Counted from the stretch's first letter, positions 16,912 to 26,422 are shown. The stretch: 32,000 nt of DNA from Megasphaera elsdenii DSM 20460 (GCF_003010495.1 NZ_CP027570.1:1440001-1472000); one strand, 5' to 3'. The notes: generated by a model from the letters alone, not told the origin. Numbers and translations: made by a program.

Positions 16912-18912
16912 ATGAAAACCTATACATCTGTCTGCCCTTATGACTGCCCCGATGCCTGCGGGCTTGTCGTTTCTGTCGACGACGGCCGCGTCGTGTCCGT
17001 CGCCGGCGATGGGGCCCATCCTTTTACGCGCGGGACGTTGTGCCCGAAGATGGCCCATTATGAACGGACCGTTCATTCGCCGCGCCGCCTGACGACGCCG
17101 TTGAAGCGGACCGGGCCCAAGGGAAGCGGCCAGTTTGCACCCATTTCCTGGGACCAGGCCCTGGCGGAGATTGCTGAAAGGTGGAAGGCGATTATTGCCG
17201 ATTGTGGTGCCGAAGCCATCCTGCCTTATTCCTATGCCGGCACCATGGGCATTGTCCAGCATGATGCCCTGCACGGACTGTTTTACCGTCTGGGCGCTTC
17301 GGAACTGGATCGGACCATCTGCGCTCCGGCCAAAGGGCAGGGATTCAAGGATGTCATGGGCAGCACCATGCCGACGGCACCGCAGGAAGCTCAGGACAGC
17401 GACTGCATCTTCCTCTGGAGTCTCCACATGGTGGCGACGAATATCCATTTCCGCCACGATGTCGAAGCGGCCCGGCGCAAAGGGGCCGTCGTCTGGTGTA
17501 TTGATACGTACCGCCATAAGACGGCTGATTTAGCCGACCATTTCGTCGCCGTCCGCCCGGGGACCGATGGAGCCCTGGTCCTGGGCATGATGTATGTCCT
17601 CGACCGCGATGGACTGGCCGATGAAGCCTTTCTGGCGGCAAACGTCCTCGGCTGGGACGAACTGAAAGTGCAGGTCCTCCCCAAGTATACGCCGGAAGCC
17701 GTGCAGGCTATCACCGGCGTACCGGCTGCGACTGTCGTCGCCTTGGCCCAGGCCTACGGACAGGCCCGGGCGCCTTTCATCCGCCTCGGCAGCGGCCAGT
17801 CGCGCTATCGCAACGGCGCCATGACGACACGCCTCATCACCTGTCTGCCTGCCGTCGTCGGCGCCTGGGGCAAGAAAGGGGCCGGCCTGTTGACGTCGGC
17901 ATCGGCGTCGAAAGCCTATAATAAAGAAATCGTCACCCATTCCGATTGGAAACAGCCAGGCAAGCGCATCGTCAACATGTGCTGTCTCGGCCAGGCCTTG
18001 ACGGAAGATGATAGCATCCGCAGTCTCTTCGTCTATTCGTCGAACCCGGCCTGCACGGCGCCGGACCAGAACCAGGTCCTGAAAGGCCTTTGCCGGGACG
18101 ATTTATTCACCGTCGTCCATGAACGCTTCATGACCGATACGGCCCGCTATGCCGACATCGTCCTGCCGGCGACGACGTCCCTGGAGCACGACGATGCTTA
18201 TTATTCTTATGGTAACTATACGATTCAGTGCGGCTATGCGGCCATTCCACCAGTCGGCCAGAGCCGCTCCAACTGGCGCATCGCCTGTGACCTGGCCCAT
18301 GCCCTGGGAATCGACGATGAGTTCTATAATCGCTCGGAAAGGGACCTCGTCGAAGCCCTGGCTGCATCGACGACGAAATGGCCCCTTCCGGTAGACCGGC
18401 AGCGGCTGCTCCAGGGATTGCCGACGCCGCTGCCCCTGCCGGACGATTATCAGACCCGCTTTGGAACGCCATCAGGGAAAATCGAAATCCGCAACGAAGC
18501 CCTGGCCCAGCCTTTGCCCGACTATATGCCTTTGGCTGAAGATGACGGCACCCTGGCTTTCGTCAACGGCCCGGATATGCGCATCCTCGATTCGTCCTTC
18601 AATGAACGGGACGAGCTGACGGCCGGCCACATCATGGACCTCTTCGTCCATCCCGATGATGCAGCCCGCTATGGACTGACAGAAGGGCAGACCGTGACCT
18701 TGGCCAATGAACGGGGCCAGGCCGATTTCACCGTCGTCATTTCCGACCGGACCGTACCAGGCCAGGTCGTCAGCGAAGGCGTCTGGTGGCGCGAACGGGT
18801 CAAAGGGCAGGGGGCTTCGGTCAACGTCCTCACGTCCCAGCGTCTGACCGATGAAGGTGCCGGCAGCACCTTCTATGACGTCCGCGTTCATCTGACAAGT
18901 AAAAATACTTGA
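16912..18912 (+). CDS. molybdopterin-dependent oxidoreductase (DMSO-reductase/MopB superfamily, cytoplasmic, N-terminal Fe-S motif)
   Basis: Track ORF 16786-18912. ATG 16912 follows AGAGGTGA. The N-terminus has the CPYDCPDACG...C Fe-S cluster motif. It is 666 aa, and the C-terminal region (VHPDDAARYGL..GQ.V) is typical of the molybdopterin dinucleotide-binding domain. Confidence 0.85.
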   Translation: MKTYTSVCPYDCPDACGLVVSVDDGRVVSVAGDGAHPFTRGTLCPKMAHYERTVHSPRRLTTPLKRTGPKGSGQFAPISWDQALAEIAERWKAIIADCGAEAILPYSYAGTMGIVQHDALHGLFYRLGASELDRTICAPAKGQGFKDVMGSTMPTAPQEAQDSDCIFLWSLHMVATNIHFRHDVEAARRKGAVVWCIDTYRHKTADLADHFVAVRPGTDGALVLGMMYVLDRDGLADEAFLAANVLGWDELKVQVLPKYTPEAVQAITGVPAATVVALAQAYGQARAPFIRLGSGQSRYRNGAMTTRLITCLPAVVGAWGKKGAGLLTSASASKAYNKEIVTHSDWKQPGKRIVNMCCLGQALTEDDSIRSLFVYSSNPACTAPDQNQVLKGLCRDDLFTVVHERFMTDTARYADIVLPATTSLEHDDAYYSYGNYTIQCGYAAIPPVGQSRSNWRIACDLAHALGIDDEFYNRSERDLVEALAASTTKWPLPVDRQRLLQGLPTPLPLPDDYQTRFGTPSGKIEIRNEALAQPLPDYMPLAEDDGTLAFVNGPDMRILDSSFNERDELTAGHIMDLFVHPDDAARYGLTEGQTVTLANERGQADFTVVISDRTVPGQVVSEGVWWRERVKGQGASVNVLTSQRLTDEGAGSTFYDVRVHLTSKNT

Positions 18913-18937
18913 CAGATGGGGCGCTTTCCGTTATAAT
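18909..18937 (+). promoter_or_regulatory. consensus promoter for ylxM-ffh, overlapping the oxidoreductase stop codon
   Basis: TTGACA (18909-18914), a 17-nt spacer, then TATAAT (18932-18937). Confidence 0.7.
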
Positions 18938-18970
18938 ACCAAAGTACGCTGTTTGAAAGGCGGTGAAGCC

Positions 18971-19300
18971 ATGCTTGAAGATGTAGTCCGCAAGGGACGG
19001 CTCCTCGATTTGTACGGGCCTTTGCTTACGGAAAAACAACGGCGCTGCATGGAAATGTATTTCGATATGGACTTGTCCCTTAGCGAAATCGGTGAAGAAC
19101 TGCACATTTCCCGTCAAGGTGCCTATGACATGCTCAAGCGTGCGTCCCACTCGCTGGAAAATTACGAACAGCGCCTTCATCTGCTGGCCCGCTACGATGC
19201 GGTCCGGGATAAAATCGATGAAGTAGAGCGGCTTCTCGACCGGGAAGAACCGCAGACCCTTGAAAGAGCGAAACAGCTTTTGCATGAAATAGAGTTATAG
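18971..19300 (+). CDS. ylxM: YlxM/UPF0122 putative helix-turn-helix protein (SRP-operon associated)
   Basis: LLDLYGPLLTEKQRRCMEMYFDMDLSLSEIGEELHISRQGAYDMLKRA matches the YlxM family. It lies immediately upstream of ffh, as in Firmicutes. Confidence 0.85.
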   Translation: MLEDVVRKGRLLDLYGPLLTEKQRRCMEMYFDMDLSLSEIGEELHISRQGAYDMLKRASHSLENYEQRLHLLARYDAVRDKIDEVERLLDREEPQTLERAKQLLHEIEL

Positions 19301-19313
19301 AAGGAGGCCCCTT

Positions 19314-20666
19314 ATGCCATTTGAAAGTCTGTCCGAACGATTCCAGGCGGCATTTAAAAAACTCCGCGGCAAAGGGAAGCTTTCTGAAGAGGATGTCAGC
19401 GAAGCGCTGAAAGAGATGCGCCGCGCCCTTCTGGAAGCGGACGTCAACTTTGCCGTCACCAAAGATTTCATCAAGAAAGTAAAAGAAAAGGCCGTCGGCG
19501 AAGAAGTCTTCGGCAGCCTCAACGCGTCGCAGACGGTCATCAAGATTGTCCGCGATGAACTGACGGAACTCCTCGGCGGGACACAGAGCCGGATCACCAT
19601 CGCCCCCAAGCCACCGACCATCATCATGCTCGTCGGCCTCCAGGGCGCCGGCAAGACGACGACAGCTGCCAAACTGGCTAAGAAGCTGAAATCCCAGGGA
19701 AAGAGCCCGCTCATGGTTGCAGCCGACGTCTACCGTCCGGCCGCTATCACGCAGCTGCAGGTCCTCGGCCAGGAACTGGACATGCCCGTCTACACTGAAG
19801 AGGGCAGCAAGGACCCTGTAGCCATCGCCCAACATGCGATACCCTATGCGACCAGCCATTTACGCGATGTCGTCATCATCGATACGGCCGGCCGTTTACA
19901 TATCAATGAAACACTCATGGATGAACTCATCAATATCAAGAATGAAGTCCATCCCCATGAAATCCTGCTCGTCGTCGACGCCATGACCGGTCAGGATGCC
20001 GTTACGGCTGCATCGGCCTTCGATAAAGCTCTCGGCATCGACGGTATCATCATGACCAAGCTCGATGGCGATGCCCGCGGCGGTGCTGCCTTGTCCATCA
20101 AGGCCGTTACGGGCAAACCGATCAAGTTCATCGGCGTCAGCGAAAAGCTCGACGGTCTGGAAGAATTTCATCCGAACCGCTACGCGTCGCGTATCCTCGA
20201 TTTAGGCGACGTCGAAACAATCATCGAAAAGGCCCAGGCAGCCTTCGATGAAGAGTCGATGGAAAACATGAAGAAGACCATGAAAAGTGGTACCTTCACC
20301 TTCGATGACTTCCTGTCCCAGCTCCATATGATCAAGAAGATGGGCAATATGGGCAGTCTCCTGAGCCTCATTCCGGGCATTGGGAAATACAAGAAAGAAC
20401 TCGACAAAGTCGACATGGACGGCAAAGAATTTAAACGGATCGAAGCCATCATCACATCCATGACGGCCCAGGAACGGTCGAGTGCCAATCCGAAGATGCT
20501 CATCAAGGACAGCCGCAAGCGCCGCATCGCCAAAGGCAGCGGCACCCGCGTACAGGATGTCAACCGCCTCATCAAGCAGTTCGCAGAAATGCAGAAGATG
20601 ATGAAGCAGGCCAAGAAAGCACAGAAGAATAAACGACGGGGTTTCATGCCGCGTCTGCCTTTTTAA
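19314..20666 (+). CDS. ffh: signal recognition particle protein Ffh
   Basis: Has the NG domain (GLQGAGKTTT, DTAGRL, TKLDGDARGG) and a Met-rich M domain; 450 aa. Confidence 0.97.
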   Translation: MPFESLSERFQAAFKKLRGKGKLSEEDVSEALKEMRRALLEADVNFAVTKDFIKKVKEKAVGEEVFGSLNASQTVIKIVRDELTELLGGTQSRITIAPKPPTIIMLVGLQGAGKTTTAAKLAKKLKSQGKSPLMVAADVYRPAAITQLQVLGQELDMPVYTEEGSKDPVAIAQHAIPYATSHLRDVVIIDTAGRLHINETLMDELINIKNEVHPHEILLVVDAMTGQDAVTAASAFDKALGIDGIIMTKLDGDARGGAALSIKAVTGKPIKFIGVSEKLDGLEEFHPNRYASRILDLGDVETIIEKAQAAFDEESMENMKKTMKSGTFTFDDFLSQLHMIKKMGNMGSLLSLIPGIGKYKKELDKVDMDGKEFKRIEAIITSMTAQERSSANPKMLIKDSRKRRIAKGSGTRVQDVNRLIKQFAEMQKMMKQAKKAQKNKRRGFMPRLPF

Positions 20667-20720
20667 ATGGATTTCCCTTTTTTGTGGAAATAAGATACTA
20701 TATCAAGGAGGTGATTTTCA

Positions 20721-20990
20721 ATGATTAAAATTCGTTTGGCTCGTTTAGGTGCTAAAAAGAAACCGATCTACCGTGTCGTCGTCGCTGATTCCCGCGATGC
20801 TCGTAACAACGGTCGTCCGGTCGCTACGTTGGGCATGTACGATCCGTCCAAAGACATGGACTCTCGTCTGACTGTCGATGCTGAAGCAGCTGTAGCATGG
20901 CTCGGCAAAGGCGCACAGCCTACAGATACGATCCGTTCTATCTTCAAAAAAGCTGGCATCATGGCTCAGTTTGAAGCATCCAAAAAGTAA
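20721..20990 (+). CDS. rpsP: 30S ribosomal protein S16
   Basis: MIKIRLARLGAKKKPIYRVVVADSR, the typical S16 sequence. AGGAGGTG SD. Confidence 0.95.
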   Translation: MIKIRLARLGAKKKPIYRVVVADSRDARNNGRPVATLGMYDPSKDMDSRLTVDAEAAVAWLGKGAQPTDTIRSIFKKAGIMAQFEASKK

Positions 20991-21005
20991 GTGAGGCTGG
21001 ATACT

Positions 21006-21233
21006 ATGGAAGAATTGATTGCATGTATCGCCCGGTCCCTCGTCAAGAACCCGGATGCGGTTACAGTTACCAAGATTCAAAAAAAAGGCCTCGAAGTCTA
21101 TCAGCTTCATGTCGCACCCGAAGATATGGGTAAAGTCATTGGCAAACAGGGTAAAATTGCGAAAGCATTGCGCCTTGTTGTCAAGGCTGCGGCAGTGAAG
21201 GCTAACAAGAAAGTATCAGTGGATATCGTATAG
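21006..21233 (+). CDS. KH-domain RNA-binding protein (YlqC/UPF0109)
   Basis: Contains the GKVIGKQGKIAKALR GXXG KH motif. The ATG 21006 start is preferred over GTG 20991. Confidence 0.85.
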   Translation: MEELIACIARSLVKNPDAVTVTKIQKKGLEVYQLHVAPEDMGKVIGKQGKIAKALRLVVKAAAVKANKKVSVDIV

Positions 21234-21241
21234 GAGGAACC

Positions 21242-21649
21242 ATGGATCAGATTACATTGCGCGTTCCTGTCGCTGTCAAAGCAAAGGTGACGCAGGCCCT
21301 CAAGGATCGTATCCTCAAAGGTGCTGACCAGGCCCTGAGTGACATCGATCGGGAAATGCAGAACCTGGAATTCCAGGCTAAACGCATGATGACCGAACAG
21401 GCTAAAATCGATGCCCAGGGGTTGATTTCCTTGCGTGCTAAAGTAGAAGAACAGAAACAGCGTCTCGCTGCAGCAAAAGCAAAGGCACAGCACGACAGAG
21501 AAGAAGCTGAACAGTTGACAATCGGTTCCGAAATCAGACAAGGCACGCTCGAACAGACTGTCGTTGTCAAGGTCGGCGATGATTTAGAAAAATTGATGGG
21601 AACAGAAATCTTGCTTGAAGACGGCAAGATTGTTTCTATCCGCCAATAG
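21242..21649 (+). CDS. YlqD-family protein
   Basis: 135-aa coiled-coil-rich protein between the KH gene and rimM, the same position as B. subtilis ylqD. Confidence 0.7.
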   Translation: MDQITLRVPVAVKAKVTQALKDRILKGADQALSDIDREMQNLEFQAKRMMTEQAKIDAQGLISLRAKVEEQKQRLAAAKAKAQHDREEAEQLTIGSEIRQGTLEQTVVVKVGDDLEKLMGTEILLEDGKIVSIRQ

Positions 21650-21655
21650 AATACG

Positions 21656-22159
21656 ATGGCTGAATTAGATCTTTTCACAATCGGTCAAATCGTTGCCCCG
21701 CACGGCGTGCGGGGTGATGTTCGTATTTATCCCGATACGGATTTTCCGAAACGATTCCTGAAAATGAAATACGGCTACATCAACGGCAAAAAATATGAAG
21801 TAGAATCTGCACGTCTTCATAAGCGGGTCGTCCTCATGAAATTTGTCGGCGTCGATGATCGCAACGCAGCGGAACTCTTGGTCAAGAAAGACCTGCAGGT
21901 CCCGCGCGAAGATTTAGTACCCCTGAAAAAAGGCCAGCACTATATTTACGACATCCTCGGCTCGGCCGTATATGACCTTCAGGGCCATGAACTGGGAAAA
22001 CTTACAGACGTACTGCGCACGGGCAGCAACGACGTCTACGTCGTCACTGCCGATGACGGCAAGGAAACACTCCTGGCCGCCATTCCCGATGTCATCAAGT
22101 CCATTGATGAAGGCGAAAAGAAAATCGTCGTCGATCCGCCGGAGTGGGTGGACGAATGA
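21656..22159 (+). CDS. rimM: 16S rRNA processing protein RimM
   Basis: Contains GQIVAPHGVRGDVRI and a PRC barrel C-terminus. Lies upstream of trmD. Confidence 0.92.
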   Translation: MAELDLFTIGQIVAPHGVRGDVRIYPDTDFPKRFLKMKYGYINGKKYEVESARLHKRVVLMKFVGVDDRNAAELLVKKDLQVPREDLVPLKKGQHYIYDILGSAVYDLQGHELGKLTDVLRTGSNDVYVVTADDGKETLLAAIPDVIKSIDEGEKKIVVDPPEWVDE

Positions 22160-22893
22160 GAATCGACATTATCTCACTCTTTCCGGAGTTCATCGAAGCT
22201 TTTTTTCAGCACAGCATCATCGGGCGGGCCCGGGCAGCCGGTCTGTTGGATCTGGATGTGACCAATCCACGTAATTTCACGTATGACCGCCATCACATGG
22301 TCGATGATACCATCTATGGCGGCGGCTGTGGGATGCTCATGAAAACAGCGCCCCTCTATGCCGCTGTCGAAGCTGTGCGGCGCCAGGTGCCGCGGCGGCG
22401 CATCATCTTCATGGGGCCCGCAGGGCAGACCTTTGACCAGGCCAAAGCACGCGAGCTGGCGACATACGACCAGCTTATTTTATTATGCGGCCATTATGAA
22501 GGCGTCGATTACCGCGTCGAACAGGATCTGGCCGACGAAACCATTTCCGTCGGCGATTACGTCCTTACTGGCGGTGAACTGCCGGCTATGACCGTTACCG
22601 ATGCCGTGGCCCGCATGATTCCCGGAGTCCTCGGCGCAGCTGCCGGGGCCGCTGACGATTCTTTCTATTCGTCGCTCCTGGAATATCCGCAGTACACTAA
22701 GCCTGCCGTCTTTCGCGGCATGGCCGTACCGGAAGTCCTGCGAAACGGCGATCACGCCAAAATCGATGCCTGGCGCCGGGAGGCGTCGCTAGCGCGGACC
22801 TTGGAATTACGGCCAGATCTTTTGCAGCACTGCGATTTATCGCCAGCTGACCAAAAGATACTGGCAAAACTGAAAGGGGCGAAAAAAGGATGA
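22156..22893 (+). CDS. trmD: tRNA (guanine37-N1)-methyltransferase TrmD
   Basis: Contains MRIDIISLFPEF...DDTIYGGGCGMLM...LLCGHYEGVDYRV...SVGDYVLTGGELPAM. The ATG overlaps the rimM stop (ATGA). Confidence 0.95.
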   Translation: MRIDIISLFPEFIEAFFQHSIIGRARAAGLLDLDVTNPRNFTYDRHHMVDDTIYGGGCGMLMKTAPLYAAVEAVRRQVPRRRIIFMGPAGQTFDQAKARELATYDQLILLCGHYEGVDYRVEQDLADETISVGDYVLTGGELPAMTVTDAVARMIPGVLGAAAGAADDSFYSSLLEYPQYTKPAVFRGMAVPEVLRNGDHAKIDAWRREASLARTLELRPDLLQHCDLSPADQKILAKLKGAKKG

Positions 22894-23462
22894 CTTCCCC
22901 TTTGTATGTAGGATTGGTTCATTATCCCATATATGATAAGAACTTTAACGTCATTGCCACGGCTATTACGAACTACGATTTGCACGACATTTCGCGGTCA
23001 GCCAAGACGTATGGCGTCAAGAAATATTTCATCATCCACCATATTCCGGGGCAGCTCGATATGGTGCATAAAATCATGGATTTTTGGGAAAGCCCGGTTG
23101 GTCGTAATTATAACGGCTACCGCACACAGGCTTTCGATATCGTAGACATCCGCCCGTCCATCGAAGCGGCTGTCGAAGCAGTTACCACCGCAGAAGGGAA
23201 GAAACCTTACGTCGTCACGACGGATGCGCGGACCTATGCCAATACCATTTCCTACAAGGATTTGCGGCACAAGCGGGAAGAAGACGATACGCCGATCCTC
23301 CTGCTCTTTGGCACGGGCTATGGCATGACCAAAGAAACGATGGAAAAATTTGATTTCATCCTGGAACCGATTTACGGCGCCGGGGAATATAATCACTTAT
23401 CTGTCCGTTCGGCAGCAGCTATCATCTTAGATCGCCTGGCCGGCGAAGATTGGTGGAAATAA
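22890..23462 (+). CDS. predicted SPOUT-like RNA methyltransferase (Methyltrn_RNA_4-like family)
   Basis: 190 aa. LYVGLVHYPIYDKN..VIATAITNYDLHDISRSAKTYGV...LLFGTGYG...NHLSVRSAAAIILDRL resembles the family often linked to trmD. The ATG overlaps the trmD stop. Confidence 0.65.
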   Translation: MTSPLYVGLVHYPIYDKNFNVIATAITNYDLHDISRSAKTYGVKKYFIIHHIPGQLDMVHKIMDFWESPVGRNYNGYRTQAFDIVDIRPSIEAAVEAVTTAEGKKPYVVTTDARTYANTISYKDLRHKREEDDTPILLLFGTGYGMTKETMEKFDFILEPIYGAGEYNHLSVRSAAAIILDRLAGEDWWK

Positions 23463-23476
23463 AGGGAGGCATTTGA

Positions 23477-24211
23477 ATGTCTGGACATTCTAAATGGGCG
23501 AATATTAAACGTAAAAAAGGGAAAAACGACGCAATCCGCGGCAAAATCACGACCAAGATCGGCCGTGAAATCACGATTGCTGTCCGCATGGGCGGCCCGG
23601 ACCCGGTCGGCAACATGCGTCTGAAACTGGCCCTTCAGAAAGCTAAGGAAAACAATATCCCGAAAGATAACATCAAACGGGCTATCCAGAAAGGTGCTGG
23701 CGCTACGGAAGGACAGAACTATGAAGAAATCGTATACGAAGGCTATGGCCCGGCAGGCGTTGCCGTTACGGTCAACGTCCTCACGGATAACCGCAACCGC
23801 GCAGCCGCTGCTGTCCGTCACGAATTTTCCAAATCCGGCGGCAACCTCGGTGCTACGGGCTGTGTCAGCTGGATGTTCCACAACACGGGCATCTTCGTCG
23901 TCAACCGCGACCAGGCTGATGAAGACCAAATCATGGAAGTCGCTCTCGACGCCGGTGCCGATGACGTAAAAGTCTCCGATGAAGACTACGAAATCATCAC
24001 GACGCCGGAAGCTTTCGATGCTGTCGAAAAAGCTTTGGCTGACAACAACATCGAAACGGAACACGCATCGATCACCATGGTTCCGGAAAACACGATTAAA
24101 CTCACCGGTGAAGACGCTGAAAAAATGGAACGCTTCGTAGACGCTCTCGACGAACTCGACGACGTCCAGGACGTATACCACAACGCAGAACTTCCGGAAG
24201 AGGAAGAATAA
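23477..24211 (+). CDS. yebC: YebC/PmpR-family DNA-binding transcriptional regulator
   Basis: MSGHSKWANIKRKKGKNDAIRGK...YEGYGP.GVA..V..LTDNRNRT-like sequence; 244 aa. Confidence 0.95.
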   Translation: MSGHSKWANIKRKKGKNDAIRGKITTKIGREITIAVRMGGPDPVGNMRLKLALQKAKENNIPKDNIKRAIQKGAGATEGQNYEEIVYEGYGPAGVAVTVNVLTDNRNRAAAAVRHEFSKSGGNLGATGCVSWMFHNTGIFVVNRDQADEDQIMEVALDAGADDVKVSDEDYEIITTPEAFDAVEKALADNNIETEHASITMVPENTIKLTGEDAEKMERFVDALDELDDVQDVYHNAELPEEEE

Positions 24212-24212
24212 G

Positions 24213-24306
24213 AGTGGTTAGTGGCTAGTTGTTAGTGGTTAGTCGATGGCTTTAAATTTAAAAACCTTCACTAAAAACTACAAACTGCAAACTTAATACT
24301 CAAAAA
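24213..24306. repeat. composite intergenic repeat: GT-heptads, then TTTAAATTTAAAAA, then AAACTNC heptads
   Basis: gtggttagtggctagttgttagtggttagtcgatggc TTTAAATTTAAAAA ccttcactaaaaactacaaactgcaaacttaatactc. Confidence 0.7.
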
Positions 24307-24337
24307 GAGGCTGTCTTAATGCGACAGCCTCTTTTTT
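24307..24337 (+). terminator. rho-independent terminator after yebC
   Basis: GAGGCTGTC ttaatgc GACAGCCTC followed by TTTTTT. Confidence 0.8.
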
Positions 24338-24380
24338 ACTAGCCCCTAGCTCCTAGCCACGAACCACGAGCCACTAATTC
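24338..24380. repeat. CTAGCNC/CACGA heptad array distal to the terminator
   Basis: actagcc cctagct cctagcc acgaacc acgagcc actaatt. Confidence 0.6.
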
Positions 24381-24503
24381 CCAAACCGTTGTAATAACAA
24401 CAGATTCCCTCCACTATCCATGGTATACTACGTTCAGAAGTTGAGAGAAAGCTCACTCAGAGATAAGATAAAAGTTGTCCACATACTTTAGGAGGTAGTT
24501 ACT

Positions 24504-24746
24504 ATGTTGAAATCCGTTCTGAATAAATTTGCTGCTAATGAAAAAGTTACGTCTGACATGATCATGGGCGATATCCTGCGTATGCATCCAGAAGTCGTCG
24601 ATACCCTCATCGGTCAGGGCATGCACTGCCTGGGCTGCCCGTCTTCCCAGCAGGAAAGCCTGGCAAACGCCTGCTTCGTACATGGCCTCGACCCGGAAAT
24701 TGTTACCAAAGCCGTCAACGTTGCCATTGAAGCAAACAAACAGTAA
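24504..24746 (+). CDS. DUF1858 / hybrid-cluster-protein-associated redox disulfide domain protein
   Basis: Contains MIMGDILRMHPEVVDTLIGQGMHCLGCPSSQQESLANACFVHGLD with the characteristic MHCLGCP motif. AGGAGG SD. Confidence 0.8.
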   Translation: MLKSVLNKFAANEKVTSDMIMGDILRMHPEVVDTLIGQGMHCLGCPSSQQESLANACFVHGLDPEIVTKAVNVAIEANKQ

Positions 24747-24771
24747 GAGACGATAAGAGGAGGAAACGACA

Positions 24772-25365
24772 ATGAGCGCATTTTTAGGACCTATCCATTT
24801 TTGGTTATACAATAAAATCCAGTTCCAGGAAAGCTTGATCGACGAACTCGTCCGCGTTGCTACAGCGCAGGGCTGGTCCGATGAAGACCTGGCTGATAAA
24901 TACTGCAGCAAAGACCGCCGCAAACTCGATGAAGTCATCGACGAAGCGAACATCCACGGCTGGCTCCAGTCGCGCATCCACGACGCCGAAGGCCGCTATG
25001 CCGCTTTCGTCCTCGCCGTTGCCGGCAATGATGATGCCCGCCTGGAAGCACTGAAAAAAGCCGCTTACGACTTCGGTGCCAGCCAGCACCTGAGCGCCGC
25101 TACGGCACCGGAAGCCTTCCACCGCCTGGACGACCTGCTCCTGGACGGCATGCCCTGTGACCAGGTCAACCGCGTCCGCGAAAGCGATGACAACCGTATC
25201 GCCTGGGACCGCACCATGGACCTGCACAGCGAATTCTGGCAGGGCCGCGGCGACCTCTACTATGCCCTGCGCCAGTCCTTAGTCGAAGGCATTCTCGCCG
25301 GCACGGACTACACTATGGTCAGCCCGGCTGACGGCCAGTACGAAATCGTCAAAAAAGCTGCGTAA
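24772..25365 (+). CDS. hypothetical protein (197 aa)
   Basis: Track ORF with a GAGGAGG SD, tightly spaced between the DUF1858 and hemerythrin genes. I recognise no family. Confidence 0.7.
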   Translation: MSAFLGPIHFWLYNKIQFQESLIDELVRVATAQGWSDEDLADKYCSKDRRKLDEVIDEANIHGWLQSRIHDAEGRYAAFVLAVAGNDDARLEALKKAAYDFGASQHLSAATAPEAFHRLDDLLLDGMPCDQVNRVRESDDNRIAWDRTMDLHSEFWQGRGDLYYALRQSLVEGILAGTDYTMVSPADGQYEIVKKAA

Positions 25366-25387
25366 ATACGAAAGGGGAGAGAACATC

Positions 25388-25948
25388 ATGTACTGTACAG
25401 AAGTTATGGTCAAACAGCATGCCAATATTTCCCGCATGCTGAAAGTCATCAAAGAAATTTGCTGCGGCATCCTCGAAGGAGCTGAAATCGATCAGAAAGA
25501 ATTCGCGGAAATCCTCGATTTCATCCGTCGTTATGCCGATGGCCATCATCATCGCCGGGAAGAACTCGTTCTCTTCCCGGAAATGGTTGACCACCTGGAA
25601 GAAGTCGCATCGATCATCATCAAGCACGGCATGCTCGTCGAACACGACCTCATCCGTGCCCACGTCCGGGCCCTCGACGAAGCATTGAAACTCTACGCCC
25701 AGGAACCGAAGACCGAATATAAACTCCAAATCCTGACGGAAGCCATGGCCTATGCCAACCGCCTGCAGCAGCACGTAGAAAAAGAAAATAACGTCGTCTA
25801 CCCCTTAGCCGACCGCGGCCTCTCGGGCGACATTAAAGCCAAGATCGACCAGACCGTCAAAGACATGGAAGCGGAAGAAGGACCGGACTTCGCCAAAGGC
25901 TACATGGACCTCCTGGACCGCCTGGAAAAGAAATACAAAATCGCGTAG
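25388..25948 (+). CDS. hemerythrin-like HHE cation-binding domain protein
   Basis: Contains H..I..ML...GHHHRREE..LFP...H..H...H..KEN.V.YP, a spacing of His/Glu ligands typical of hemerythrin-like domains. Confidence 0.75.
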   Translation: MYCTEVMVKQHANISRMLKVIKEICCGILEGAEIDQKEFAEILDFIRRYADGHHHRREELVLFPEMVDHLEEVASIIIKHGMLVEHDLIRAHVRALDEALKLYAQEPKTEYKLQILTEAMAYANRLQQHVEKENNVVYPLADRGLSGDIKAKIDQTVKDMEAEEGPDFAKGYMDLLDRLEKKYKIA

Positions 25949-26316
25949 GGCGTCCTGTGGGGCGCCCGCCGGTCGCAGTTTGCAGGTCGCCGGCCGCTTC
26001 GGACGCAGAGGCGGCTTCGCCGCGACAGACTCATGATTGTATTACGATCGTGTACCACTGGTCATAAATTTCGGCTGTATCCAGGATTCACAGCGGGACG
26101 CCTTAACAGGACGTCCCCTACGAAATCGCATACAGGCGATGAAAATGAATGCCGGCGCAGTCCGCAGGCGGCAGGTCGCCGCGGTCCATGGGACCGCATC
26201 GTAGGGGCCGTCCCGAAGGGCGGCCCGGCTCTCCTTATAGGAGAGCTGTCAGCGAAGCTGACTGAGAGGTTGCTTTTAAATTTAAAACCATCCGCTAGCC
26301 AACTAACAACTTAAAA
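25949..26316. repeat. about 370-bp GC-rich repeat cluster (several REP-like hairpins, a GCAGGTCGCCGG element, a TTTTAAATTTAAAA palindrome and CTAAC heptads)
   Basis: Hairpins are GGGACG..CGTCCCCTACGAA (26095-26124) and GTAGGGGCCGTCCC gaa GGGCGGCCC (26201-26226, the reverse complement of the 6836/16819 element). It also has GTCAGC gaa GCTGAC, the palindrome at 26274-26287, and the 52-nt element 25982-26033, which is repeated at 26921-26972. Confidence 0.75.
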
Positions 26317-26346
26317 GGGCTTGTCGTCGTGCGACAAGCCCTTTTT
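26317..26346 (+). terminator. rho-independent terminator
   Basis: GGGCTTGTCG tcgt GCGACAAGCCC followed by TTTTT. Confidence 0.75.
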
Positions 26347-26422
26347 GCCTCACCATGACAAAACCTGTCCTCCTCAGATGCTATAGTGAAGATAGAACTT
26401 GTATTTCACAGGAGGGATAGTC

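Noticed and set aside
22144-22155. Upstream alternative starts listed in the track: GTG 22144 for trmD, GTG 11149 for the aminotransferase, TTG 15431 for purH, TTG 26399 for Sel1 and TTG 29177 for the rSAM enzyme
   Set aside because: In each case a downstream ATG has a correctly spaced SD and matches family N-termini. The upstream codon sits inside or too close to the SD.
26033-26314. 93-aa ORF inside the GC-rich repeat cluster
   Set aside because: It runs entirely through REP-like hairpins and heptad repeats, has no SD, and is Arg/Gly/Pro-rich. It is most likely non-coding.
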